Assembly: GCA_043817405.1 (NCBI GenBank) | Contig: JBDRGV010000062.1 | Location: 1,267 to 65,266 of the forward strand | Direction: 5' to 3' | Length of the DNA: 64,000 nucleotides | Source: an archaeon | Lineage (GTDB): Archaea; Nanobdellota; Nanobdellia; Woesearchaeales; GCA-2686295 | Part shown: positions 9,837-20,041 of the stretch, in pieces | How the letters are laid out: each line of letters starts with the position of its first letter | How positions within the stretch are numbered: the first letter of the stretch is position 1 | Program-made: the position numbers and the translations under genes | Notes under the pieces: model-generated | What the model was told of the DNA's origin: nothing | Seen by the model: only the letters and a program-made list of their open reading frames with translations | Databases searched by the model: none

Positions 9837-10563
9837 CAATAACATTCAACCTTGGAAATTCTTTCATTATTATTTCTCTTAAGTTTTCTAAGAATGCTCT
9901 TGTTGGACTGTTGATGTTTTGCATTTGTTTTTTTACATCGTTTCCTGAGAATGCTTTTAATTCCCAAACAGCTCTCATATCAGTTATCTCTTCACCTATT
10001 TTCAACAAGTCTTCTTTTCTAAACATTAAACCAGGAATAATAGTTGTTCTGAATATTATTTCTATTTTTTCATCGTAGGCTCTCAGAACTTGTAATGTTT
10101 GTCCAATATCATGAATTATGTCTTGAGATGTTTTGAAGAATGTTGCTGATTTTGTAACTTTTTCAAAATTTTCATTGAATGGAGCTTTTAAATCCATTAT
10201 CACAGTATCAACTAATGTGTTTTTCAGCAGAGTTTCTATAACTTCTGGTTTTGAACCGTTGGTGTCGAGAACTGTTTTTAATTTTAACTCTCTGGCCTTT
10301 TTCAATAAGTCAACCAGTGCTGCTTTTTGAAAGCACGGTTCGCCACCTGTTAAGAATATTCCTTTTATGTTTCCAAGATTATTTTCAATTTCTCTCTTAA
10401 CATCTCTTAAATCCATTTCGTGTTCAAATTTTGTTTCCAGTAACTCGGGTGTGTTGCACCATGGACATTTGAAATCACAGCCAGAAAACATTATCTTCAT
10501 AAACATATCATTGTTAGAACTAAGAGTTCCTTGAGGTATAACTTCTGCTATGAATGCTTGCAT
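9829..10563 (-). CDS. Radical SAM activating enzyme (NrdG/PflA-like)
   Basis: CDFKCPWCNTPE CxxxCxxC cluster plus the FLTGGEP SAM-binding motif. About 240 aa. Confidence 0.6.
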   Translation of the reverse strand: MQAFIAEVIPQGTLSSNNDMFMKIMFSGCDFKCPWCNTPELLETKFEHEMDLRDVKREIENNLGNIKGIFLTGGEPCFQKAALVDLLKKARELKLKTVLDTNGSKPEVIETLLKNTLVDTVIMDLKAPFNENFEKVTKSATFFKTSQDIIHDIGQTLQVLRAYDEKIEIIFRTTIIPGLMFRKEDLLKIGEEITDMRAVWELKAFSGNDVKKQMQNINSPTRAFLENLREIIMKEFPRLNVIVI

Positions 10564-10912
10564 GATGGTAAGAAGTTGTTAATGGTTTATTAAGGTTAAG
10601 ATTTTGAATGATATGGAATCGTTTATGAGAAGTAAAATCGATTAGAAAGGTTTTATTCTTCTTCTTCTTTAGCGTCGATGAAACTGTCTAATTCTCTGCT
10701 TGAAATCTTTGCTTTGTAGCTGATTGCGGTCATTGTTTTTTCTTATAAAAATACTATGCCTTATCATTTATAAATATGATGGCTGTCGAAACTATAAACA
10801 TCAAACACCATCATTGAAAACCGTCTTTTCTAAAGTGATATTTCGAAAGCATGGTTTGTAAGAAACCATATTTAAAAAGGCTTAGAGAATAAACAAGTGT
10901 TAATTGTTAAAA

Positions 10913-12055
10913 TTAATTTATATAAACAAACTTTGGTGGTTCGAATCCGTTGAATTTTGTTGCTAGTGAGTATGTGTATGCACCCATGCTTCCTACGATT
11001 AACAAATCATCTAAATGCATTTCTGGAAGTTCGATTTCTCTTATTTCATGAATATTTTTTCTTGAGAAAACATCTATGCTATCACAGGTAGGTCCTGCTA
11101 GTACATAGTTATTTTTTGAACCATTGGTATTTGTTTTCATGGGGTATTCCATATCATATGCTAGTGTGTCTAGGAAACTTCCGTATATTCCGTCATCAAA
11201 GTATAACCAATTCTGTTTGTCTCTTTTTGATTCTGAAATAACTTTTGTTACGAGTATCACTGCGTCTCCAACAATGCTTCTGCCTGGTTCGGCCGTTAGA
11301 ATTATGTTTTTGTCAAATAATGTTTCATAGTGTTCAACTATTGTTTTACACATTTTATCTATGTTGATGTCTTCGTTGATGTATTTGACTGGAAACCCTC
11401 CCCCTATGTCAACGGTATCTAAGTGTAATCCTTTGTTTTTTGCTTCATCGAATATTTCTTTTGTAACATTTAACGCTTCTATGTATCTGTCTGTATCTAG
11501 ACATTGACTTCCTACGTGGAATGCAACTCCTTTAGGTATTAAACCTACTTCTTTTGCTTTGAGAAGTAATGGAACCGCGTCTTTTGGTTCTGCTCCAAAT
11601 TTTTTGCTTAGGTGGGCTGTGCTTCCTTCATTTGAAACTTTGATTCTTATGTGAACATTTGTGTCTGGTGCATATCTTCCTAGTTGGATTATTTCTGATT
11701 CATTATCATATGTAAAATCATCCAGTCCAATGCTGTGTGCGTATTCTATATGTTTTGGATCTTTGACCGGGTCTGCGAATATTAAGTCGTCTTTTGGGTT
11801 TGCTCCGATGCTTACTGTTTGCATTATTTCTCCTTTTGATGCCACATCAAAGTCTGCACCAATTTTATGTAGTGTTTTTAGAATTTCTTTATGAGGATTT
11901 GCTTTGATTGCATAGTATATGTGTACTGCTGGCAATGCATTGTTTATTCGATTGTAATTCTCTATGATTTTGCTTTTACTTACAATGTATATTGGTGTGC
12001 CGTGTTTCTCAACCAGCTTTTCAATTTCTTCTGTTGACAGGTCAAAAGGATTCAT
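10913..12055 (-). CDS. PLP-dependent ornithine decarboxylase (Orn/DAP/Arg decarboxylase family 2)
   Basis: YYAIKANP (PLP Lys), FHVGSQ, DIGGGFP, GPTCDSIDV. Confidence 0.8.
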   Translation of the reverse strand: MNPFDLSTEEIEKLVEKHGTPIYIVSKSKIIENYNRINNALPAVHIYYAIKANPHKEILKTLHKIGADFDVASKGEIMQTVSIGANPKDDLIFADPVKDPKHIEYAHSIGLDDFTYDNESEIIQLGRYAPDTNVHIRIKVSNEGSTAHLSKKFGAEPKDAVPLLLKAKEVGLIPKGVAFHVGSQCLDTDRYIEALNVTKEIFDEAKNKGLHLDTVDIGGGFPVKYINEDINIDKMCKTIVEHYETLFDKNIILTAEPGRSIVGDAVILVTKVISESKRDKQNWLYFDDGIYGSFLDTLAYDMEYPMKTNTNGSKNNYVLAGPTCDSIDVFSRKNIHEIREIELPEMHLDDLLIVGSMGAYTYSLATKFNGFEPPKFVYIN

Positions 12056-12109
12056 AATGGAATAATTACTGTGCAGTAGTATAAAAAGGTTATGTTTTTA
12101 TAGATAGAA

Positions 12110-12601
12110 TTACTCTTTTCTCAGACCCATGATGCTCTGTCGGCCCTCAGAAAGAACCTTTCCACTTTTAGCATCAATCTTAATATTAATAATGTTCATG
12201 GATTGAGACACCAAAGTCAAATTATACATCTCAGTCTCTAAATTTTGCAATATAACAATTGTCTTCGTAAGATATTCAGCAGAGTATTTTTCATCTATGA
12301 CCTTATTACTTATGTCAATTGCTCTCTCCAAACCAACTTTGATATTTGCTAATTTTAACTCTTTAACTTTCTTACCGGGCTTCTTGAAAACTTCTTCTTC
12401 AGGACTTTTTTCAATTTCTTTTTTGGCAAGAAAAACAACGACTTTATCCTTGGTCTTGCTGTAATAACCAACCTGCCACTCTTGTTGAACTCTTTCAATA
12501 ATTGTGAAAGCATGAGCCAAATAGAAATCAGGATTATCTTTTTTGAAAGCTTTAAAAACATCAGAAGATTCAATTTTTTCAATGGCCTTCTTTAAAATCA
12601 T
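12110..12601 (-). CDS. Hypothetical protein
   Basis: 163-aa ORF, no motif recognised. Confidence 0.45.
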   Translation of the reverse strand: MILKKAIEKIESSDVFKAFKKDNPDFYLAHAFTIIERVQQEWQVGYYSKTKDKVVVFLAKKEIEKSPEEEVFKKPGKKVKELKLANIKVGLERAIDISNKVIDEKYSAEYLTKTIVILQNLETEMYNLTLVSQSMNIINIKIDAKSGKVLSEGRQSIMGLRKE

Positions 12602-12685
12602 ATAAAATTAGAATGGAGTATGCTTTATAAGATTTGTGTAAAATTAGGAAAAGGTTAAATACTTAGAAGTATTTCTTTTTTTAAA

Positions 12686-12949
12686 ATGGACATAGATTAT
12701 GAGTTAACTTTTGGAGAAGTGGATGCTAATGATTTAGAAAAAACTGTGAATAATTACAAAGCAGCAATAAACATTCTTCCAATGTATGCAGTGGCTGCTG
12801 CAGCAACTATAAATCAAATTCCAGGATTCTCTTCACAAGCATATGAAATAATGACTGGAATAGGCGGTCTTTTGTTGATGTGTAACTTTGGAGACGCATG
12901 GTTTACATCTAAACTTATGCAAAAGAAAATGAAATATTTGGACGATTAG
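12686..12949 (+). CDS. Small hypothetical membrane protein
   Basis: 87 aa with two hydrophobic segments. Weak support. Confidence 0.35.
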   Translation: MDIDYELTFGEVDANDLEKTVNNYKAAINILPMYAVAAAATINQIPGFSSQAYEIMTGIGGLLLMCNFGDAWFTSKLMQKKMKYLDD

Positions 12950-13006
12950 ATTTTTTTCTTTAAAATTTTAGATAAATATATAAAATAATTTAAATTCCCA
13001 ATAAAA

Positions 13007-13846
13007 ATGGGTGTTGAGCTAATAATTAATGATTGTGATGGAACTCTAACAGATATAGATAAAGAGTCTCCTACTTTTATTAAAGAATTTAAGAAAGATA
13101 TACAAAAATATCTTGGATGGATTGATAATTTTTTTAATAAAGAGTGGGATGCAGCTGAGAAACTAGTCACGGAAAATCCTATGGATTATGGATGGTTCCA
13201 GGGTGTTGGTATAATTGTCGTTAATTCTGATCCAATAATAAAAGCACAAACAATTGCTTGTAAATTATTTGATGATAGAAAATTATTATTGGATGATAAT
13301 GAAAGATTTCAATTTCTATACCCTCTTTTCAAATCTAACTATGAAAAAATGCCGACCATATTCAAACCTGAAGCAAAAGAATATTTATGGAATGCAAAAC
13401 TAGATTATAATACTTGTATTATAACAAATTCCCATCCTGATAGTGTAAAAAAGAAATTTGAATACATGCCACAACATTCAGACATAAAAATTTATGGAGA
13501 TGCAAAAAAATTTATTATGGATAGAAAATGGGATGGAGTTCCTGAAACAATAGAAAAAGATGGTTTTCCAAGACCAGTTAATTTGCGAGCTAAGTTTTAC
13601 TGGGATGTTTTGAACAACATCATGGACGAGAAAAAAATCCGAGCAGAACAAGTAGTTGTTGTGGGAGATATTTATGAATTCGACTTGGCTTTGCCAGAGT
13701 ATATGGGTATGAATATAATTTTATTACCAACAAAGAATACTTATGATTTTGAAATGAGTGTTGTGAACAAATCTGAAAAAGGATATGTTGCAAATAATCT
13801 TTATGATGCTAATAATCATATAGATGAAATTAATAACTCTCTCTAA
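13007..13846 (+). CDS. HAD-superfamily hydrolase
   Basis: Motif I LIINDCDGTLTD (DxDGT) and motif IV VVVGDIYEFD. Confidence 0.6.
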   Translation: MGVELIINDCDGTLTDIDKESPTFIKEFKKDIQKYLGWIDNFFNKEWDAAEKLVTENPMDYGWFQGVGIIVVNSDPIIKAQTIACKLFDDRKLLLDDNERFQFLYPLFKSNYEKMPTIFKPEAKEYLWNAKLDYNTCIITNSHPDSVKKKFEYMPQHSDIKIYGDAKKFIMDRKWDGVPETIEKDGFPRPVNLRAKFYWDVLNNIMDEKKIRAEQVVVVGDIYEFDLALPEYMGMNIILLPTKNTYDFEMSVVNKSEKGYVANNLYDANNHIDEINNSL

Positions 13847-14472
13847 GAATTAACTTTCTTCTTGTCTTTCTTCTTTCTTTCGAGCTTGTTTGCCACAATT
13901 ATTCCAGTTATAGAACCTACAAATGCATACGTTAAATCTTTCATTGTGTCTTCCAGTCCACCCATCAGATTCTTTACATTAATGATTACACCCTGCATGA
14001 TTGTTGTACCTGAAATACTGTCAACACCATATTCTAAGAGTTCATAGATTGCTCCTATTCCCATAATTATGAGAAGAACAAAGGTTTTCTTGAAATGAAT
14101 CTTACCCTTTAAAATGAAACTAACTATGATTGATAAATAAAATGCATTGAAGAAATGAAGTATTTTGTCATAAAATATGATTCTATAATATAACTCTAGA
14201 AAAAATTCTCCTCCTATGCTTAGGTAAACTGTGAGAAGTCCTAGTGTGTAGTAGTATTGGGGAATTTTTAGTCCATGTTTTTTATCATACCAATGCATAA
14301 TTTTGAAAAAGAAGAACATCGGAAAGAGAGGCAGAACTAATAAATAATTGTAACTGGTTGTTAAGAGTATTACGACTGCTAATATAAGTATAAGAGCCTC
14401 AAGTACGGTATTTATTATTTTGATTGTTTTATCAGTCTTGTTTTCTATAGTTTTTTTTGGTTTTTCATTCAT
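13843..14472 (-). CDS. Integral membrane protein, unknown function
   Basis: Five to six hydrophobic helices and a Lys-rich C-terminal tail. Confidence 0.5.
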   Translation of the reverse strand: MNEKPKKTIENKTDKTIKIINTVLEALILILAVVILLTTSYNYLLVLPLFPMFFFFKIMHWYDKKHGLKIPQYYYTLGLLTVYLSIGGEFFLELYYRIIFYDKILHFFNAFYLSIIVSFILKGKIHFKKTFVLLIIMGIGAIYELLEYGVDSISGTTIMQGVIINVKNLMGGLEDTMKDLTYAFVGSITGIIVANKLERKKKDKKKVNS

Positions 14473-14538
14473 TTAATTGTGTATGTTTAATCTTATACTT
14501 ATATTTTGTTATACAATTTTAAAGAATAATTTAGATGA

Positions 14539-15621
14539 TTAAGAATAACCTTCTTCCTGTCTTTCTTTTACTAAGTCTTTAGTTCCTTTTCCACTTAAAC
14601 CTGTTTGTGGAGTTGGCAATAAATAATCTTCAACTTCAAATTCTTTTTTAGAATTAACTAATTTATTCCATTTCTTAAAGTCAATCCAAGTGTGCCATTT
14701 GTTTTTCTTCTTAAACTTCTTCTTTGCAAGCATCACAACTCTTGAAGCTATGTGCTCTGAAACAATTTCATAATCGGGCAAGAACTCTATTAATTTATTT
14801 GTAAATTCTAAGACTTCTTCGTGCAAAGGCATGTTTTCTCTTTTTAATCTTTCGCGGGAAGGACCCACATGCATGTAGGATTTTACTTCAACAAAATCAG
14901 GCGAGCCTTTCTCAATTAGTTTTGCATAGTTCTCTGGCTCAACATCATTGATACCTTTGATTTGTGTTAACCGAATGCAGGTTCTGTCTTTCTTCTTTGC
15001 CAACACTTCTAAACTTTTATTGTATCGTTCCCAGTAGTCTTTAAACAAAGGAACATCAACTTTTTTCAACAGCTCTTTGTTGGGTGCGTCAATGCTAAGA
15101 TATAATTGTGTTACTGGTTTCAAATCTCTTATTTGGTCAGGGTACTGTGCATTTGTAACCATGAATGTAGAAATACCTTTTTTATTACACTCATCGATGA
15201 ACTCATTTATTCTTGGATAAATTATTGGTTCGCCTGTAAGTGATAAAGCGACATGTTTAACGGTTGTTGATGACTCATAGGCTTTGGCATTTTTACTGCC
15301 TTTGAAACCGACCAATAATCTATGATGTTCTTCCAAGCTTTTTTCCATTATCATCTTAGGATCGTCAACTTTCCACTTCCAATCTTTAGAAACAGGCGCT
15401 TTGTAGCCTCGCCAGCAGAAAACACAGCGATTAGCACAACTAAGACTGGTGGTCATCTGCAAGCATTGATTGCTCATGATACCGTAGAATTTTAATTTAT
15501 AACAACTACCCAGACCTCGAACCATGCTCTTGGTCCAACCACAAATCTTGACAGCTGAATGATTGCCAACAATACGATACTGTTGTCGCTCTAAGTCTTT
15601 TTTAGCAGATTCAGTTATCAT
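14539..15621 (-). CDS. taw1: tRNA 4-demethylwyosine synthase (Taw1/TYW1, radical SAM)
   Basis: CANRCVFCWR cluster and LSLTGEPIIYP. Overall colinear with archaeal Taw1. Confidence 0.85.
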   Translation of the reverse strand: MITESAKKDLERQQYRIVGNHSAVKICGWTKSMVRGLGSCYKLKFYGIMSNQCLQMTTSLSCANRCVFCWRGYKAPVSKDWKWKVDDPKMIMEKSLEEHHRLLVGFKGSKNAKAYESSTTVKHVALSLTGEPIIYPRINEFIDECNKKGISTFMVTNAQYPDQIRDLKPVTQLYLSIDAPNKELLKKVDVPLFKDYWERYNKSLEVLAKKKDRTCIRLTQIKGINDVEPENYAKLIEKGSPDFVEVKSYMHVGPSRERLKRENMPLHEEVLEFTNKLIEFLPDYEIVSEHIASRVVMLAKKKFKKKNKWHTWIDFKKWNKLVNSKKEFEVEDYLLPTPQTGLSGKGTKDLVKERQEEGYS

Positions 15622-15664
15622 AATCTAAATAGAAAAAATTACTTGAGTTAAAAAGATTATTGTT

Positions 15665-15949
15665 TTATTGATACTCTTCGCTTGGCAAAGGTGTAGAGTA
15701 ATCTTTATCTTCTTCTATAACTTTCTTTGCTGCTCGTTGACTTTCAAAATAATCGTGAAGCTTTGCGTGCATTTTTTTAAAATTAGCTGACTGAGCAACT
15801 TCATTTTCATCCATGACTAATGTTCCTTTTGGATCAACGTGTCTTGATTTAATTCCATCATTTTGAATTGCTTCCCAATACTCTGGACTGATACCACCAA
15901 TACCGACTGTGTGTCTAATAAGTTCTTTTACTGTATCTCCCAAGCTCAT
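15665..15949 (-). CDS. Hypothetical protein
   Basis: 94-aa ORF, no motif recognised. Confidence 0.4.
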   Translation of the reverse strand: MSLGDTVKELIRHTVGIGGISPEYWEAIQNDGIKSRHVDPKGTLVMDENEVAQSANFKKMHAKLHDYFESQRAAKKVIEEDKDYSTPLPSEEYQ

Positions 15950-16023
15950 TTTATTTATCCTCCTGTTAATTTTAGAAAGATGACTTTTTATTTAAACCTA
16001 TTGTCAGAATTATTAGTTAAAGC

Positions 16024-16605
16024 CTAAATCTCAATCAACATTCCTTCTGGGCCTGGATTGATTACAACTGTTGGTCCGATTTTATCTATTGCTCCGAATG
16101 TTTCGTGTAAATGACCTGAAACTGCGAGAACTGGTTTGAATTTCTTGATGAAAGCTGTGAAACTCTTGTTGCCAACATACCCCATTGATAATTTGTCAAG
16201 CTTTGTGCCGTAGGGCGGACCGTGGGTTAATAACACAACTTTTTTCCCTTCTGGTTTGAAGTTTTTCACACCTGCTTCAAATGTTGGTTCGTGAGTTGAG
16301 AATCCTCCGCCACCATAGGCCACGAACAAATAATTACCTAATTTGTAAACTTTCTTATGAATGAATTCCAGGTTTTTGAAATGTTTGCATAGAATTGCAA
16401 CTGTGTCTTCATCTTCATGATTGCCATGTATTAACAAAATCTTTTTTCCAAGTTTGTTCATCTTGCCCATGATGTATTCTATTTCATGCTCGAAAATTGT
16501 GAAGTCACCTAGACAAATAACTGTGTCTGCCATTGGTATTTTCTCAGCTATTTTTCTTAAATCGTCCGGGCTTCCGTGGTGGTCTGTGAAGACTAATAAC
16601 TTCAT
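16024..16605 (-). CDS. Metallophosphoesterase (calcineurin-like, YfcE/MJ0936 type)
   Basis: VFTDHHG, LGDF, HGNHED, LTHGPP, GHLHE motif series. Confidence 0.75.
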   Translation of the reverse strand: MKLLVFTDHHGSPDDLRKIAEKIPMADTVICLGDFTIFEHEIEYIMGKMNKLGKKILLIHGNHEDEDTVAILCKHFKNLEFIHKKVYKLGNYLFVAYGGGGFSTHEPTFEAGVKNFKPEGKKVVLLTHGPPYGTKLDKLSMGYVGNKSFTAFIKKFKPVLAVSGHLHETFGAIDKIGPTVVINPGPEGMLIEI

Positions 16606-16642
16606 AATTTTAACCTTTCTTTACTTGAATTCTTCTTTGTTT

Positions 16643-17674
16643 TTAAAACTTTTCTGGAACATAGCTTTTTTTTATAACTGAATCTATGTCAACTATAAGA
16701 TAATCTTTTATTAAAAACCCTGTTCTCAAGTCATTAATCAAGTTAATTTTGTCAATTGATTCTACAGCTATGAATAATTGATAATCACCTATGATTTTAA
16801 CCAATCCTATAATGTTTTTATGCATATTACAATAAGAAATTAGCTTGTTTATTTCTCCAATACCAAGACCTGATAGTTTCAAGAATATTAATTGCCTGTT
16901 TATTCCTAGTTTTTGATAATCCAAAACACAAGTATATCCTCGGATAATTCTCGCTTTTTCTAATTTTCTTTTGATATTTACTATTGTCTTAGTGGCAAAA
17001 CCGGTTTTCTCAGTTAATTTTGTAAATGTTATGTTTGGATTGATAATGAATTCCTTTAAAATTATCATCTCATTATTATTTAACTTTATCTTTTCTCTGT
17101 CTCCGCAAATAATTATTTCTGAAGTGCTTTTTTTGTTTGTCAAATACATTTTAGGATAGAGATGTTTTACAACCACTGGAAATATAAATTTAGTTTCTAT
17201 GCTTTTGTGAAATTTATGTGAGATTTCAGAGTGTAATTTGTTAAATGCTGATAAATTGTTAACACAATATTCTATTATTAGGTCAACACCTTGTCTGCTT
17301 TCTTGAATGCTTATGATGTGATTAGTTTTTTTAAGTTCATTTAGTATTTCTTTCTTTGTTTTGGCATCAAATATTAGGAAATCAATTCCGACTATGATGT
17401 TTGTTAATCCTAACTTAATCGAATCGACTATAGTGTTAGTTTTTTTTATAATTTTTTTCTCCTTGAGTTGATTGACCATGTACGACGCTGATTGCTGACT
17501 AGAAAGGATTTTTTTACTTAGGGCTTTTGTCGTTATTCTACTATTTTCCGAGATAAAGAATAATGATTTACTTAATTTTTTGTTCATTATTTTTGTTAAT
17601 ACTAACTTATTTATAAATATTTTTATGTTTCTACAAAAAAAACTATGAATTATTTTATATATTTTATTAACCAT
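16643..17674 (-). CDS. Tandem (duplicated) Lrp/AsnC-like transcriptional regulator
   Basis: Two HTH-plus-RAM-like halves (ISENSRITTKALSKKI...MVNQLKEKKIIK and IINPNITFTKLTEKTGFATKTIVNIKRKLEKARIIRGY). The likely true start is MNKKLSK at 17587. Paralogous in architecture to 24968..25981. Confidence 0.55.
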   Translation of the reverse strand: MVNKIYKIIHSFFCRNIKIFINKLVLTKIMNKKLSKSLFFISENSRITTKALSKKILSSQQSASYMVNQLKEKKIIKKTNTIVDSIKLGLTNIIVGIDFLIFDAKTKKEILNELKKTNHIISIQESRQGVDLIIEYCVNNLSAFNKLHSEISHKFHKSIETKFIFPVVVKHLYPKMYLTNKKSTSEIIICGDREKIKLNNNEMIILKEFIINPNITFTKLTEKTGFATKTIVNIKRKLEKARIIRGYTCVLDYQKLGINRQLIFLKLSGLGIGEINKLISYCNMHKNIIGLVKIIGDYQLFIAVESIDKINLINDLRTGFLIKDYLIVDIDSVIKKSYVPEKF

Positions 17675-17734
17675 TATTATACTATAATGAGCAGTTTGTT
17701 AAAAAAAGAGTTAATGGGGTGTATTTTTTGAGAA

Positions 17735-18802
17735 ATGAAAGACATATTCGTTGTAGGTGATGAAAGAACTATAAATTCTAAAATAGATTTTACTTTTCCA
17801 GTTTTTGCAAGTTTACCAAATGTCAAGTCTTATACTTTTCAAGAATTAATGAGAAATAAAAAACCTATGGCTTCTGAAGTTCCAGTACTTGTTTGTTTTC
17901 CTTATGAACTATGGGATGAGATTGTTGAAACAGGAAATGGTTTGTATGGATTAGGATCCTTTAGAGACCCTATTAAATTATTTGCAGAATATTTGACTTC
18001 TTTTTTGGATAAAAATTTTCCAAAAGCACGATTTGTGAATGATCCTATGAGTATAATTATTGAACGAGATAAATATCTTACAAAGCAAATATTGAAAAAA
18101 GAAGGAATTTCAGTTGCAAAAGACATTGATAAAACATTGAATTCTGTTTTGAAAGAAGTTGAATTTGGAAGATCAGTTTATATAAAACCAAGATATGGTT
18201 CGTTGGGAAAAGGAATAACCTATGTAAGCCCGAAAAAATGGACTACAAATTTTAAATATGATGGAAACAATATTGAAAATCATGATGACGATAAAGATTG
18301 GAATGAAATTGAAATCACAGGCGATACAGAGTTTTTAAAAAAAATTCTTTCAGAAGACGTTGTTGTTGAAAAAGCAATTGTGAACTCAAAAACTAATGGA
18401 TTCAAATTAGATCTTAGAGTGACTTCAATCTATGAAACTATTAATCCGAAATTTGCATATGCAAGAGTAACTAGTGACAAGTCCGTAACTAATATTTCTC
18501 AAGGTGCGAAGGAGATGAGTTTAGAAAAACTGATGGAGTTCGTTCCAAAACAACAAGTTGAAAAAGCATTGAAGTTAATTAGGAACTGTTCAAAAATATT
18601 GAATTTAAATTATGCTGGTGGAGATGTTTTATTTGAAGGAGAAAACTTTGAACCAGTATTTCTTGAAATAAATAGTTATCCAGGTCCATATAAGTCTAGG
18701 GAATTATTTCCTGTACTTTATGAAGAAATATTTTCAAAATTTTATCGTATGCAAGAACTAACAGATGAAATGCAGTATAATCAATCACTATACCCAATTT
18801 AA
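17735..18802 (+). CDS. ATP-grasp family ligase (YheC/D- or RimK-like)
   Basis: VYIKPRYGSLGKGI, FKLDLRV, and GGDVLFEG...FLEINSYPG, typical of ATP-grasp C-terminal motifs. Confidence 0.55.
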   Translation: MKDIFVVGDERTINSKIDFTFPVFASLPNVKSYTFQELMRNKKPMASEVPVLVCFPYELWDEIVETGNGLYGLGSFRDPIKLFAEYLTSFLDKNFPKARFVNDPMSIIIERDKYLTKQILKKEGISVAKDIDKTLNSVLKEVEFGRSVYIKPRYGSLGKGITYVSPKKWTTNFKYDGNNIENHDDDKDWNEIEITGDTEFLKKILSEDVVVEKAIVNSKTNGFKLDLRVTSIYETINPKFAYARVTSDKSVTNISQGAKEMSLEKLMEFVPKQQVEKALKLIRNCSKILNLNYAGGDVLFEGENFEPVFLEINSYPGPYKSRELFPVLYEEIFSKFYRMQELTDEMQYNQSLYPI

Positions 18803-18844
18803 AGAAGTTTTGTCAAATAACTATTTTGATGAATAAAAATTCTC

Positions 18845-20041
18845 TCATAGCCCATAATAATCTTCCAATATAATCTTATCAACGTTTTCAAGATCAGTTA
18901 CTTTGTACATTCTGCCATTACCGATTTCAGTTATTTTTTTTGCTAATTTGCTGCCTTTCTCGTCAAGTTTTATTCCAATAACAGAGATTGTTATGCCTGC
19001 GTCTCGTGCTATGGATGCTGCTTTCAAAGTTTCTTTTTCCGGTTGTTTTCCCTTTGTTGGAAGTGCATCTGTTAAAAGAATTAAATGCTTTGTTTCTTTT
19101 CTATTGGGAAACAGTTCAATGGCTTTCTTGATGGTTTTAGAAATATCTGTTTCCATGGACGCTCTGATGCTGGTGAGGTTTTGTAATATTTTCATGAAAT
19201 CATTTGTTGGATGAACAACGTTTTTTATGTCTGAGCCAAAAACAATTAATCCGACATTATTTCTTTCTTGAATTGCTTTGAAGGCAAGAGCAACACCTGC
19301 TTTCTTAGCAGTTGTTAATTTATCACCTTTCATACTACCACTAGAATCTAAACCGTAGATTATGGAGATTTTTCCTTTGCTTTTTCTTTCAAAAACTTTC
19401 AGATCGTCTTTGAAAATTTTTTCATGACCTCTTCTGATGGCGGTTTTAACTGTTCTTCTCATGGCAATATCTTTATACCTGCATTTTCGATAACTAATGG
19501 TGTCTTCTCGGTCGCCATAGGCATCTTTTTCTTTTTTTCTTTTGTCGCCAAATCCTTTGGCTATCAAATTATCTAATTCTTCGGTGTATAGAACCAGTGA
19601 GCTGAGAAATAATCCTTCATCAGTTATATGACCTTCTTTTGAAATCAGGTTGTCGTTTTGTAATTGACTGATGTTTTCTTCAATGTTTTTCACTATTTCT
19701 CTTTGGAATTCTGGAATTGTAATATTTTTTTCAACATAGTCAGAAGAGTAGTTGGTTAATCTCCTAATTATTCTAGGGCCATACATGTTTTTTGTCATAT
19801 TATAATTCTTAACTAAGTTTTTTAGCATTAGTTCTGGTGTGAAAGCTCCAACTCCTTGGTTTATGCTTTCAAGAATTAATTTACCATCATCAATTTTTTG
19901 CTTGTCGCCCGCAAGCACTGAACTCATTAGTTTATCGTGCTTCTCGTCTTTTCTCAGATTGCCGTCTAGCTCTTGAATTGGTGTAACAGTTTTTACATCT
20001 ACCTGTTCATAGTCTGGTTGCTTGCTGTCAAAGATAACCAC
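18845..20041 (-). CDS. von Willebrand factor A (VWA) domain protein
   Basis: MIDAS motif IIYGLDSSGSMKG in the C-terminal half, followed by LILLTDALPT. Confidence 0.75.
   Translation of the reverse strand: MVIFDSKQPDYEQVDVKTVTPIQELDGNLRKDEKHDKLMSSVLAGDKQKIDDGKLILESINQGVGAFTPELMLKNLVKNYNMTKNMYGPRIIRRLTNYSSDYVEKNITIPEFQREIVKNIEENISQLQNDNLISKEGHITDEGLFLSSLVLYTEELDNLIAKGFGDKRKKEKDAYGDREDTISYRKCRYKDIAMRRTVKTAIRRGHEKIFKDDLKVFERKSKGKISIIYGLDSSGSMKGDKLTTAKKAGVALAFKAIQERNNVGLIVFGSDIKNVVHPTNDFMKILQNLTSIRASMETDISKTIKKAIELFPNRKETKHLILLTDALPTKGKQPEKETLKAASIARDAGITISVIGIKLDEKGSKLAKKITEIGNGRMYKVTDLENVDKIILEDYYGL

Noticed and set aside
10653-10733. A 26-aa minus-strand mini-ORF (MTAISYKAKISSRELDSFIDAKEEEE) just upstream of the radical SAM gene 9829..10563, considered as a possible RiPP precursor.
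   Set aside because: It has no SD, and no TATA box at a sensible distance. The neighbouring enzyme looks like an NrdG/PflA-type activase without a SPASM or RiPP-recognition domain. It cannot be distinguished from chance in AT-rich DNA.
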